Below the pieces are notes generated by a model. That model was not told the DNA's origin. It ran no database searches and saw only the letters and a list, made by a program, of their open reading frames with translations. Shown piece after piece: positions 17,293-26,354 of a stretch of 32,000 nt of DNA. Origin of the DNA: an uncultured Solirubrobacteraceae bacterium (GTDB lineage: Bacteria; Actinomycetota; Thermoleophilia; Solirubrobacterales; Solirubrobacteraceae). The stretch is taken from contig CAWBVZ010000004.1 of assembly GCA_963792385.1 (NCBI GenBank), positions 205,584 through 237,583 of the forward strand. Direction: 5' to 3'. Position 1 is the stretch's first letter; each line of letters begins with the position of its first letter. A program made the position numbers and the translations under genes.

Positions 17293-18342
17293 TTGACTGC
17301 GGGCATGATCTGCAGCGAACCAGCACCCACGGCCCGCGGCAAGCGATCGTCGGCCTCGTTCTCCTCGGTCGGCCCGACGACAGGGCTCACGATCTACGGA
17401 TGCGGACCGGACGAGGCCGACCTGTTCCGCGCTCTGGCGCCCCGCTTCGGCGTTGTGCCGACCATCACCGACGCCCCGGTCTGCGAGGAGAACGTCGAGC
17501 TCGCGTGCGGGAACCGATGCGTCAGCGTCGGTCACAGGACCGAGGTCACGAGTTCCACGCTTCTCGCGCTTAGCCGAGCGGGTGTGCAGTACGTCTCCAC
17601 GCGAAGCGTCGGCTGCAATCACATCGACGTCCGATTCGCGCAGAGTGTCGGGGTCGCTGTTGGAACCGTGGCCTATTCACCCGGCAGCGTGGCGGACTAC
17701 ACGCTGATGTTGATGCTGATGGCGGTGCGTCATGTGAAGTCGATGATGCGCCGCGTGGAAGCCCATGACTACCGGTTGGGCGAGGTGCGCGGGAGGGAGC
17801 TGCGCGATCTGACGATCGGGGTCGTCGGGACGGGTCGCATCGGCACCGCGGTGATCGACCGGCTGGAGGGCTTCGGCTGCCGAGTGCTCGCCCATGACAA
17901 TCGCCTGCAGGCCGCTGGGGCCGACGGTCCGCTTGACACGCTGCTGCGGCTCAGCGACGTCGTCACACTGCACACCCCGCTGACCGCTGACACACACCAC
18001 CTCTTGAATCGCGCGCGCATCGCACGGCTCAAGCGAGGGGCGTTCGTCGTCAACACCGGACGCGGCCAGCTGGTCGACACCGAAGCGCTCATCGCCGCTC
18101 TGGAGAGCGGCAGGTTGGGCGGAGCGGCGCTGGACGTCGTCGAAGGCGAGGAGGGCATCTTCTACGCCGACCACAGCGGCAAGCCGATCCACAGCGAGTC
18201 TCTGCGGCGGCTCCAACAGCTTCCCAATGTGCTCATCAGTCCACATACCGCCTATTACACGGACCACGCGTTGCGCGACACCGTCGAGAACAGCCTCATC
18301 AAGTGCGCGAGCTTCGACGGCGGAAGGCGGCAGCATGGATAG
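17293..18342 (+). CDS. vanH: D-lactate (D-2-hydroxyacid) dehydrogenase VanH
   Basis: Collinear with VanH as I remember it: TIYGCGPDEA, VSVGH, STRSVGCNHID, AYSPGSVADYTLMLMLMAVR, NAD motif VGTGRIGTAV, NTGRGQLVDT, GGAALDVVEGEE, PHTAYYT. The only in-frame starts are TTG 17293 and ATG 17305, which gives a 26-30 aa N-terminal extension that is not VanH-like. Confidence 0.88.
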   Translation: MTAGMICSEPAPTARGKRSSASFSSVGPTTGLTIYGCGPDEADLFRALAPRFGVVPTITDAPVCEENVELACGNRCVSVGHRTEVTSSTLLALSRAGVQYVSTRSVGCNHIDVRFAQSVGVAVGTVAYSPGSVADYTLMLMLMAVRHVKSMMRRVEAHDYRLGEVRGRELRDLTIGVVGTGRIGTAVIDRLEGFGCRVLAHDNRLQAAGADGPLDTLLRLSDVVTLHTPLTADTHHLLNRARIARLKRGAFVVNTGRGQLVDTEALIAALESGRLGGAALDVVEGEEGIFYADHSGKPIHSESLRRLQQLPNVLISPHTAYYTDHALRDTVENSLIKCASFDGGRRQHG

Positions 18343-19384
18343 GGTGAAACTGGGCCTGATCTTTGGTGGCGCCGGCGAAGAACATCCGATCTCGGTGAAG
18401 TCTGCGCGCGAGGTCGCCAAGCACCTCGACGGCGAGAAGTACGAGCCGTTCTGGATCGCGATCACCCAGAGCGGCGCGTGGAAGCTCTGTGACGACCCCG
18501 AGGCGGATTGGGCACACGGCGACGGCCGTCCGGCCAGCCTGTCCCCGGACCGCGGCACCGGCGGTCTGGTGGTGCTGGAGCAGGGCCCGCCCGCCCGCTA
18601 CGAAGTCATCGGTCTGGACCTCGTGCTTCCGCTGCTGCACGGCAGGTACGGCGAAGACGGGGCGATCCAAGGTCTGCTGGAGCTGTCCGGGATCCCCTAC
18701 GCGGGCTGCGACGTGCAGAGCTCTGCCGTGTGCATGGACAAGTCGTTGGCGTACATCGTGGCCGCCAGCGCAGGGATCGCCACGCCGAGCTTCTGGACCG
18801 TCACGCCTGGCGAGGACTTCGACGACGGACAGGTCACCTACCCGGTCTTCGTCAAGCCGGCCAGGTCGGGCTCGTCGTTCGGCGTCACCAAGGTTTCCCG
18901 CAGCGAAGAGCTGCACGGCGCGGTGCAGGCCGCACGGCGGTACGACTCGAAGGTCGTGATCGAAGAGGCCGTCGTCGGCAGCGAGGTCGGATGCGCGATC
19001 CACGGCAACGGCCGCGACCTGTTCGCCGGCGAAGTGGACCAGATCGCGCTGTCTGACGGCTTCTTTCGCATCCACCAAGAGCGCACGCCCGAACAGGGCT
19101 CCGACAACGCCATCGTGGTCGTTCCCGCCGCGATCCCCGCCGAGTCACGCTCGCTGGTGCAGGAGACGGCCAAGGCCGCTTATCGCGCCCTGGGGTGCAG
19201 CGGCCTGGCGCGGGTCGACATGTTCTTCACCGACGACGGCCGGGTCGTGCTCAACGAAGTCAACACGTTGCCCGGCATGACGTCCTACAGCCGCTATCCG
19301 AGGATGATGGTCGCGGCAGGCCTCTCCTTCGCGGAGGTGATCGACCGGATCGTGTCGTCGACGCTGGCGGGGGCGCGACGATGA
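18335..19384 (+). CDS. vanA: D-alanine--D-lactate ligase (VanA-type)
   Basis: ATG 18335 overlaps the vanH stop by 8 nt. Matches along the protein are LIFGGAGEEHPISVKSA, KYEPFWIAITQSGAWK, HGRYGEDGAIQGLLELSGIPYAGCDVQSSAVCMDKSLAY and YPVFVKPARSGSSFGV. These continue with GEVDQI...FRIHQERTPEQGSDNA (Van-type omega loop) and GLARVDMFFTDDGRVVLNEVNTLPGMTSYSRYPRMM. Confidence 0.9.
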   Translation: MDRVKLGLIFGGAGEEHPISVKSAREVAKHLDGEKYEPFWIAITQSGAWKLCDDPEADWAHGDGRPASLSPDRGTGGLVVLEQGPPARYEVIGLDLVLPLLHGRYGEDGAIQGLLELSGIPYAGCDVQSSAVCMDKSLAYIVAASAGIATPSFWTVTPGEDFDDGQVTYPVFVKPARSGSSFGVTKVSRSEELHGAVQAARRYDSKVVIEEAVVGSEVGCAIHGNGRDLFAGEVDQIALSDGFFRIHQERTPEQGSDNAIVVVPAAIPAESRSLVQETAKAAYRALGCSGLARVDMFFTDDGRVVLNEVNTLPGMTSYSRYPRMMVAAGLSFAEVIDRIVSSTLAGARR

Positions 19385-20007
19385 ACGGTGAGTTCTTCTT
19401 CGTCGACGAGCTCGTGTCCGGCATCCGCTGGGACGCCAAGTACGCGACCTGGGACAACTTCACCGGCAAGCCGGTGGACGGCTATGGGGCGAACCGCATC
19501 GTCGGCGCGAGGGCGCTGTGCGCAGCCCTCGCGGACGCGCGAGACGAGGCCGCATCTCGGGGCTTCGGCCTGCTGCTGTGGGACGGCTATCGCCCCCAAC
19601 GCGCCGTCGACTGCTTCCTGCGTTGGTCCAGGCAACCGGACAACGGCCGGACCAAGCTCCGCCACTACCCGAACATCGACCGAGCGGACATGGTCGAGAA
19701 GGGCTACGTCGCAGCGAGGTCGGGCCACAGCCGGGGCAGCAGCGTGGACCTCACGTTCTTTGACCTGGCCACCGGTGAGCGCACGGCGATGGGCGGTGAC
19801 CACGACCTGATGGATCCGATCTCCCATCACGACGCGACCCGCGTCACGCAGATCGAAGCGACAAACCGCCGGTGCCTTCGCTCGATCATGGAGGCCTGCG
19901 GCTTTCACGCATACGAGTACGAGTGGTGGCACTACACGCTGAACGCCGAGCCCTACCCGGCCACCTACTTCGATTTCCCCATCACCCGTGCGCTTCTCGG
20001 CTGCTGA
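19381..20007 (+). CDS. vanX: D-Ala-D-Ala dipeptidase VanX
   Basis: ATGA overlap with the ligase stop. Motifs: IRWDAKYATWDNFTGKPVDGY, LLLWDGYRPQRAV, Zn/catalytic SGHSRGSSVDL, EWWHYTL, YFDFPI. Confidence 0.9.
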   Translation: MNGEFFFVDELVSGIRWDAKYATWDNFTGKPVDGYGANRIVGARALCAALADARDEAASRGFGLLLWDGYRPQRAVDCFLRWSRQPDNGRTKLRHYPNIDRADMVEKGYVAARSGHSRGSSVDLTFFDLATGERTAMGGDHDLMDPISHHDATRVTQIEATNRRCLRSIMEACGFHAYEYEWWHYTLNAEPYPATYFDFPITRALLGC

Positions 20008-20112
20008 CCTGGCCGCCCATCTGGGCGGTGAGCTGGCCGGGCCGGTCCCGGCCGCGGCGCGTGCGACAACCGGTCAGCGAGGCTCCGCGCCGGCGGTTGC
20101 ACAGGCCGAGCC

Positions 20113-20781
20113 TTGCTGGCGATAGTCCGGGAGCTCGGCGCGGTCGCGGGGGTGGCCGCCGCCCTAGGGCTCGTCGTGCTGTCGGCCCTCTATGTCGCGC
20201 ACGCGCGTGACGTCAAGCGGCTGCGCGAGTGGGCTGGCCGAGCACCCGAGGGCTTGGGACCCCCCAGAGCGGCGCCGGCGCGCACGGCCGGCGTGTCGGA
20301 GCCGGCCCCGCACACGCCCTCGACTCAGCGGTCCGTCCCGGTCCTCGTCGGCCTGCTTATCGCCGGCGGCCTGGTCACCTACAGCGTCAGCCAGCTGGCC
20401 GGCAGTGACGGCGGTGACCATTCCGCCAAGACGAAGGCACACGACGACGGCTCGTCTCGTAGGCCGAAACGCAGCGGCGTCGCGGTCAAGCCAGGCGCCG
20501 TCACCGTGGCCGTCCTCAACGGCACGACGGTCAACGGTCTGGCGGCGGCGCTGCGCGAGCAGATCACCGCCGCCGGCTTTCGGAGGGGCACGATCGACGT
20601 CTTCTCTGACCAGCAGCTCGGCGTGTCCGTCGTCGAGTACGCGCCGGGGCATCTGGCCGCGGCGAAGGCGGTCGGCCGCATCGTCGGAATCAACCGGTAC
20701 GAGGCGGTGGCCGCAACCAGCCGCGCCCTGGCCGCAGACGCGACGGTAATCGTGGTCGCCGGCGCCGACAAGGCGCCGTAG
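20113..20781 (+). CDS. LytR_C (LytR cell-envelope-related C-terminal) domain membrane protein
   Basis: N-terminal TM segment, a low-complexity linker, then VTVAVLNGTTVNGLAAALREQITAAGF...ATVIVVAG, typical of LytR_C. The TTG start is uncertain. Confidence 0.6.
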   Translation: MLAIVRELGAVAGVAAALGLVVLSALYVAHARDVKRLREWAGRAPEGLGPPRAAPARTAGVSEPAPHTPSTQRSVPVLVGLLIAGGLVTYSVSQLAGSDGGDHSAKTKAHDDGSSRRPKRSGVAVKPGAVTVAVLNGTTVNGLAAALREQITAAGFRRGTIDVFSDQQLGVSVVEYAPGHLAAAKAVGRIVGINRYEAVAATSRALAADATVIVVAGADKAP

Positions 20782-20861
20782 GGCCGGCGGCGCGTGGCCC
20801 GCGTGTCCCCGCGTGGGCGGACGGCGACCGCGGCGGCGGGCTCCGGGCGGGCGCGTAACCG

Positions 20862-21908
20862 TCAGAGCTTCAGCAGCCTCTTCGCGTTGCCGCAAGCGAT
20901 CTTGGATCGATCGTCTTCGCTGATGTCGCACGTCTCAATCCAGTCGGCCGCCTCGTCCATATTCTCGAACGGGTAGTCCACGGAGAACATGATGCGGTCG
21001 GTGCCCATGGCCTCCATGGCGCAGTGCAGCGCCACGGTGCTGTAGTTGCCGGCGGTGGTGATCCACACGTTCCGGGCCAGGTAGTCGTGTAGCCGCAGCT
21101 CCACCTTGTCATTACGCGGGCTGTGCTCGAAGCAGTGCTGGATGCGCCAGGCCTGGTATGGAATGGCCTCGCCAAGGTGACCGATAACGACCTGCGCGGT
21201 CGGGAACCGATCGAAGACACCCGAATAGACGATGCGCAGCAAGTGGGTGGCCGTTTCAGGAGCGTAACCCCACACCATGCCTTGCAGCTCCTCACGCCCT
21301 TGGTACATCAGCCGCTGGTACGACACGCGAGGGTGAAGATAGACAGGGACATCAAGGGCGGTCACCGCCTCCCACAACGGTGTGTAGCTGGGGTGGTCGA
21401 GGTAGACCAGGTTGTCTTCCCGGCCCTGCTGGGCGAATCCGTTGAACAGGACCCCTTTGAAGCCGAGCTTGGTGACACATCGCTCCAGTTCGGCGGCGCC
21501 GACGTCCGGATCGTGCATGGCCACGCAGGCAAATCCACCGAACCGGTCCGGGTGTGCCTTGATCCGGCTCGCGAGGAAGTCGTTGCACGCCGTGGCCGCT
21601 TCCTGAGCCTCTTTCGCATCGAGGATGCGCTCGATCCCAGGGCACGTGAGCGAGTTGACGATGTATTCGATGCCGCTCTCGTCCATCGCCTGCAGGCGCG
21701 TCTCGTCGAAATCGAGCAGTCGCGGCGCGACAGCGTCCATGTACTGCTTATTGAGGGCGTTCTCCTCCATGAACCACGCCCAGTCAGGATTCCCGTTGTC
21801 ATCCAGCTTGACGCCCGCATGAGTGGCGTACGCTTCTTCCAGCGCGATCTTCTGCAGTCTTGGCCGAGGCGCGGGAACACTCATCGTCGGCAACCGCGGG
21901 ACCGTCAT
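20862..21908 (-). CDS. Amidohydrolase_2 (ACMSD-family) non-oxidative hydroxybenzoate decarboxylase, gamma-resorcylate/2,3-dihydroxybenzoate decarboxylase-like
   Basis: Collinear with gamma-resorcylate and 2,3-DHBA decarboxylases as I remember them: KIALEEAY, DESGIEY, HPDRFGGFA, LGFKGVLFNGF, VPVYLHPR, ETATHLLR, GHLGEAIPYQAWRI, TTAGNYS, DRIMFSVDYPFEN, NAKRLLKL. The start could be ATG 21884 instead. Confidence 0.8.
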   Translation of the reverse strand: MTVPRLPTMSVPAPRPRLQKIALEEAYATHAGVKLDDNGNPDWAWFMEENALNKQYMDAVAPRLLDFDETRLQAMDESGIEYIVNSLTCPGIERILDAKEAQEAATACNDFLASRIKAHPDRFGGFACVAMHDPDVGAAELERCVTKLGFKGVLFNGFAQQGREDNLVYLDHPSYTPLWEAVTALDVPVYLHPRVSYQRLMYQGREELQGMVWGYAPETATHLLRIVYSGVFDRFPTAQVVIGHLGEAIPYQAWRIQHCFEHSPRNDKVELRLHDYLARNVWITTAGNYSTVALHCAMEAMGTDRIMFSVDYPFENMDEAADWIETCDISEDDRSKIACGNAKRLLKL

Positions 21909-22123
21909 GTCGAATTCCGTTCGGGCGTCACAGTGGGCTCAGTCCGGTTGGGCGCGTCGTTCGACCGTACCGGCGCCAGCCGGCGTCGCAATCAGCAAGT
22001 GGGCTCACGTGATCGCCCGACGAAATCGCCTCTCGCTCTGAGTGCCGAGCACATTGATTGTCCGAGGCGGCGCCGCCATCACCCCATGGGTGACGCGACC
22101 GGGAAGTACGATGCCGCCGCCGT

Positions 22124-23344
22124 ATGGAGTGGTCGCTTGCCATCGTCGCGCTTGCCTTGCTCGGTGTCGCCGCTGTGTCGCGGAGACTGCTGGGCTCGCC
22201 GATCACACCGGCGATGGCGTTCGTCGCCATCGGCCTGCTGGTCGGGCCCGAGGTGCTCGGCGGGATCGATCTCGAGAGCACGAGCGGAACCGTGCGGACG
22301 CTGGCCGAGGCGACGCTCGCGCTGGTGCTCTTCTGCGACGCCTCGCGCGTCAATCTCCGCCATCTCCGGCGCGAGGTCGGCGTGCCGCTGCGCCTGCTCG
22401 GCATCGGGCTGCCGCTGACGATCGCGCTCGGCGCCGTCGCGGCAGCCGCGACGTTCGGCGCGCTGACGATCGGGGAGGCCGTCATCCTGGCGGTCGTCCT
22501 CGCTCCGACCGACGCCGCGCTCGGCCAGGCGGTCGTCACCGAGCCGCGTATCCCGCCTCGGATCCGCCAGGGCCTCAACGTCGAGAGCGGGCTCAACGAC
22601 GGGATCTGCGTACCGCTGCTGTTCGCGGCCGTCGCGATCGCCGACGTCGAGTCCGAGATCTCCGAAGGCCGCAGCGCCGCGACGCTCCTGCTCGAGGAGA
22701 TCGGCTACGGCGTCGTCGGCGGCGTGATTGGCGGGCTCGCGGTCGCGATGATCGTGATCCACGCAGGCCGCCGGGACCTCATCGACGGGGCGTGGCGGCA
22801 TGTCATTCCCGCCGCCGGCGCCGCGCTCGCCTACGGAACCGCGAGTGCACTGGGCGGCTCGGGCTTCATCGCGGCGTTCGTCGCGGGAATGACGTTCCGG
22901 CTTGTGCTCAAGCGAGACCCCGGGGACATCAACGAGTTCAGCGAGGAGGTGGGGGACGTGCTCAACGGCGTCACTCTCGTGCTCTTCGGAGCGGTCCTCC
23001 TCGGCCCCACGCTCGGTGACGTCACCTGGAACCTCGTCCTCTACGCCGTGCTCAGCCTGACGCTCGTGCGCATGCTGCCGGTCGTGATCGCGATGCTTGG
23101 CGCCCGGCCGAGGCTGCCGACGCTCGGCTTTCTCGGCTGGTTCGGCCCTCGCGGACTCGCTTCGATCGTGTTCGCGGTGATCGTGATCGAAGAATCCAAC
23201 CTTCCCCACGAGCACCTGCTGGTCGCCGCCGTCTACTTGACCGTAGGCCTCTCGGTCTTCGCCCACGGTCTCACCGCCGCTCCCCTCGCCGCCCGCTACG
23301 CGCGCTGGTACGAGCAACACCCGCGCGTCGAGCCGCCGGGTTGA
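22124..23344 (+). CDS. Cation:proton antiporter (CPA1/NhaP-type Na+/H+ exchanger family)
   Basis: Intact 406-aa polytopic ORF. Motifs: LAPTDAAL, ESGLNDG, FGPRGLASIVF. Confidence 0.8.
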   Translation: MEWSLAIVALALLGVAAVSRRLLGSPITPAMAFVAIGLLVGPEVLGGIDLESTSGTVRTLAEATLALVLFCDASRVNLRHLRREVGVPLRLLGIGLPLTIALGAVAAAATFGALTIGEAVILAVVLAPTDAALGQAVVTEPRIPPRIRQGLNVESGLNDGICVPLLFAAVAIADVESEISEGRSAATLLLEEIGYGVVGGVIGGLAVAMIVIHAGRRDLIDGAWRHVIPAAGAALAYGTASALGGSGFIAAFVAGMTFRLVLKRDPGDINEFSEEVGDVLNGVTLVLFGAVLLGPTLGDVTWNLVLYAVLSLTLVRMLPVVIAMLGARPRLPTLGFLGWFGPRGLASIVFAVIVIEESNLPHEHLLVAAVYLTVGLSVFAHGLTAAPLAARYARWYEQHPRVEPPG

Positions 23345-23378
23345 CCTGGGCGGCGAAGCGGGGGAGGCTGTCGCCACG

Positions 23379-24690
23379 ATGCGCCGCTCCGCGTTCACGC
23401 TCGTCGCGGTGGCGGCGGCAGGCCTGTTCCTCGTCCACCGGCGGGTGCTCGGGATCGTGCGACGCCCGAGCTGGCCGCCGCCCCCGGGCGCGGTCACCCC
23501 GGACAGCGCACAAGCCGCGACCGAGGCGTTCGCTGCGCGAGCGAGCGCCGGTCCTCGCGACGCGGCGCTCAACTTCGCGTGGTCGACCGCGGCGACGCTC
23601 GAACCCTGGGCCGATGGGGAGAACTTCTTCCCGCGCATCTTCGCGGACGTCGAAGCGCGCGGCCTCGTCGGTGCACATCCTCATGTTCGGCTGGCGCGAG
23701 GGGGAGGTGGGCACGCGAATGGCTTCCCTGCTGGAGCGCAAGCTGGCCGAGGGCGTCGAGGTCAGGGTCATCGTCGACGGGCTCGGCTCCAGGCCCTACA
23801 TGCAGGCGCGCGAGATGTTCACGCAGCTCGCCACGGCGGGCGCGGAGATCGTCGTCAACGACGTCCTCCCGCCTGAGCGGGTCGGCCTGTTCCCCGCCGG
23901 CCGCCCGCTCTGGCGCCTGGACCAGCTCGGCCGCGCCGACCATCGCAAGCTGTACGTGATCGACGGCGGCGTCGCCTGGGCGGGCGGTGCCGGCATCGAG
24001 GATCACTTCAACGACGGCAGGTTCCACGACCTGATGGTGCGGGTCACCGGGGACGTCGTCCGCCAGGCGCAGGCCGCGTTCCTGACGAGCTTCCGCGGCC
24101 ACGGCGGCGCGCTGCCCGGCGACCTGTCCGGTCACTTCCCCGCGCCGCACAAACCTGGCTCGACACCGATCGCCCTTGCTCAGGTCATCCCCGGCGGGTT
24201 CGTCGCGGCCTCGCAGGCCACCCGCGAGCAGATCGACCAGGCGCGCGAGCGCCTCGACGTGATGAACCCCTATCTCACCGACCACGAGACCATCGAGCAG
24301 CTGCTCGCGGCCGCGCGGCGCGGGGTCAAGGTGCGGGTCGTCACCTCCGAGACCTCCAACAACCACACGGCGGCCGCGGCCCTCAAACACCGTTACGCCG
24401 ACCTCGACGCCGCAGCCATCCAGGTCTGGGAGGTGCCGAACACCGTCGTCCACGCCAAGGTCGTCATCGCCGACGACGTCCTCAGCTTCGGCACGCTCAA
24501 CCACGACGCCTGGGCCCTTTACCGCAACTCCGAGCTCCTGATGATCGCCAAGAGCCCGCAGGCCGCGCAACTCGTCCGGGACCAACTGTTCGAGCCCGAC
24601 ATCGCCCGCTCCACGCGCGGCATCCCACCCTCGCACACGCGTGAACGCCTCATCAGCTGGCTGAGCGACAAGCTCACGTACTACCTGTAG
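23379..24690 (+). pseudogene. Phospholipase D / cardiolipin synthase-like protein (two HKD motifs); one frame break near the N-terminus
   Basis: ATG 23379 has a GGGGAGG SD. The N-terminal TM segment plus WADGENFFPRIFADVEA is in one frame. The continuation SSVHILMFGWREGEVG...HRKLYVIDGGVAWAGGAGI...HAKVVIADDVLSFGTLNHD is in the +1 frame. The break lies near 23655-23664 (gcgcgcggcc). Confidence 0.8.
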
Positions 24691-24734
24691 AGCGACGCCA
24701 CGGGCAGCGCTGCGCCGGGGGTCACCCGCTTCGG

Positions 24735-26354
24735 GTGATGCGCCACGTCGGCGTACTTGCAAGCGTGCCGCTCATCGCCGATCCAACCGCAGAATCGGGA
24801 AGCGCGCGGCTGTCGCTGGTGCTGGCGGCGGCGATGTTCGTGCTCGTGGTCGACACGTCGCTGATGAACGTTTCGATCGCGGCGGTTGTCAGGGATCTCG
24901 ACACCACGGTGAGCTCGGTCCAGAGCGCGATCGCGCTCGAGGCCCTGGTCTCGGCCGCGTTCATCCTGATCAGCAGCAAGGTCGGCGACCTGTTCGGACG
25001 TAAGCGGGCGTACACCCTGGGCCTGCTGGGCTACGCGATCGGCGCGGTGGCGATGACGCTCGCTCAGAGCCTGGCCGCGATCATCATCTTCTGGGCGATC
25101 ATCGGCGGGCTCGGGGCCTCGCTGCTGCTCCCCGCGATGCAGTCCTTGATCCACGGCAACTTCGAGGGAGCGGCGCAGAAGAAGACCTACGCGCTCGTCG
25201 GCGCGGCGGCCGCGATCGCCGCCGCGGTCGGGCCGCTCCTCGGAGGCTTCGTCACCACCTACCTGTCGTGGCGCGTCGGGTTCCTGCTGGAGGCCGTGGT
25301 GATCGCGGTCGTGCTGTCGCAGCTCGGGCTCCTCAAGGATGTCCCGTACACGGGAGAGCGGCAGGTCGACGGGGTCGGCGCGGGCCTGTCCATCATCGGC
25401 ATGGGCGGCGTGGTGCTCGGCATCCTGGTGTGGCAGGAGGGCGGCGACTACGTGCTGCTGCTGGTCGCGATCGGCGCGTTCGCGCTGTGGGCGCTCGCCC
25501 GTTGGCTTGTGCGGCGCCACAGCGAGGGCAAGGTGACCCTGCTCGATCCGGATCTGTTCCAGCTCCCGCACTTCAGGCTCGGGTTCATCGGGCAGATGCT
25601 CCAGAACATCATGCTCGGCGGGGCGATGATCGCACTGCCGATCTTCCTGCAGATCAAGCTCGAGTACGACGCCCTGGAGACCGGCCTGTCGCTCGCTCCG
25701 CTCTCGCTGACCATGTTCGCCGTCGCGGTCCTCGCCGGCCGCAGGTCCGGCGGCCGGCGCTCTTCGGTGGTCATCCGGGCCGGGTTCGCGCTGAGCACGC
25801 TCGGTATCGCGCTGATCGTCCCGATCGTGTCCAGCGCCGACTCGGGCTGGTACCTGTTCATCCCGCTGGCGATCGCCGGATCAGGGCTCGGTCTACTCGT
25901 GTCGCAGCTCAACAACTACACGCTCGCCCCGATCGACGACGAGCGGATCAGCGAGGCGGCCGGAGTTAACTCGGCATCGGGGTCGTTCGGGCTGTCGTTC
26001 GGCCTTGCCGTGGCCGGCGGCGTGATGCTCGCGACACTCTCCCTCGCCTTCACCAACATGACGAACGCCAGCCCCGTGATCCCCTCCACGCAGCAGCAGC
26101 AGATCGCGCAGACGCTGGAAGACGACGCGCAGGTCGTGAGCAACACGCAGCTCGACGAACTGCTCGCCGACGAGCCCCCGGCCGTCAGCGACGAGATCCT
26201 CGCCATCAACACGGACGCGACGAACCTCGCGCTTCAGGTGGCGCTGCTCGTGCCGATCCTCGCGGGCCTCCTCGGGCTCTTTGACTCGTTCCGCATGATG
26301 CGCCTACCGGACATCGAGCCCTCCGCCTCCGTCGAAGCGGCGGCATTGGGTTGA
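24735..26354 (+). CDS. MFS transporter, DHA2 (EmrB/QacA-like, 14-TMS) drug:H+ antiporter family
   Basis: Intact 539-aa ORF starting at GTG 24735 or ATG 24738. Motifs: LVVDTSLMNVSIAAV, SKVGDLFGRKRAY, and about 14 hydrophobic segments. Confidence 0.8.
   Translation: MMRHVGVLASVPLIADPTAESGSARLSLVLAAAMFVLVVDTSLMNVSIAAVVRDLDTTVSSVQSAIALEALVSAAFILISSKVGDLFGRKRAYTLGLLGYAIGAVAMTLAQSLAAIIIFWAIIGGLGASLLLPAMQSLIHGNFEGAAQKKTYALVGAAAAIAAAVGPLLGGFVTTYLSWRVGFLLEAVVIAVVLSQLGLLKDVPYTGERQVDGVGAGLSIIGMGGVVLGILVWQEGGDYVLLLVAIGAFALWALARWLVRRHSEGKVTLLDPDLFQLPHFRLGFIGQMLQNIMLGGAMIALPIFLQIKLEYDALETGLSLAPLSLTMFAVAVLAGRRSGGRRSSVVIRAGFALSTLGIALIVPIVSSADSGWYLFIPLAIAGSGLGLLVSQLNNYTLAPIDDERISEAAGVNSASGSFGLSFGLAVAGGVMLATLSLAFTNMTNASPVIPSTQQQQIAQTLEDDAQVVSNTQLDELLADEPPAVSDEILAINTDATNLALQVALLVPILAGLLGLFDSFRMMRLPDIEPSASVEAAALG

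Noticed and set aside
20015-20040. Terminator after vanX (CCGCCC-atct-GGGCGG).
   Set aside because: It is only a 6-bp stem with no following T-tract, which is too weak to call.
15923-22123. Classical integrative genomic island at tRNA-Phe.
   Set aside because: There is no integrase, recombinase or excisionase gene, and I found no direct repeat of the tRNA 3' end by eye downstream. The LytR_C gene inside the interval looks as GC-rich as the background. Only the weaker statement (compositionally atypical van block and decarboxylase gene) is retained.
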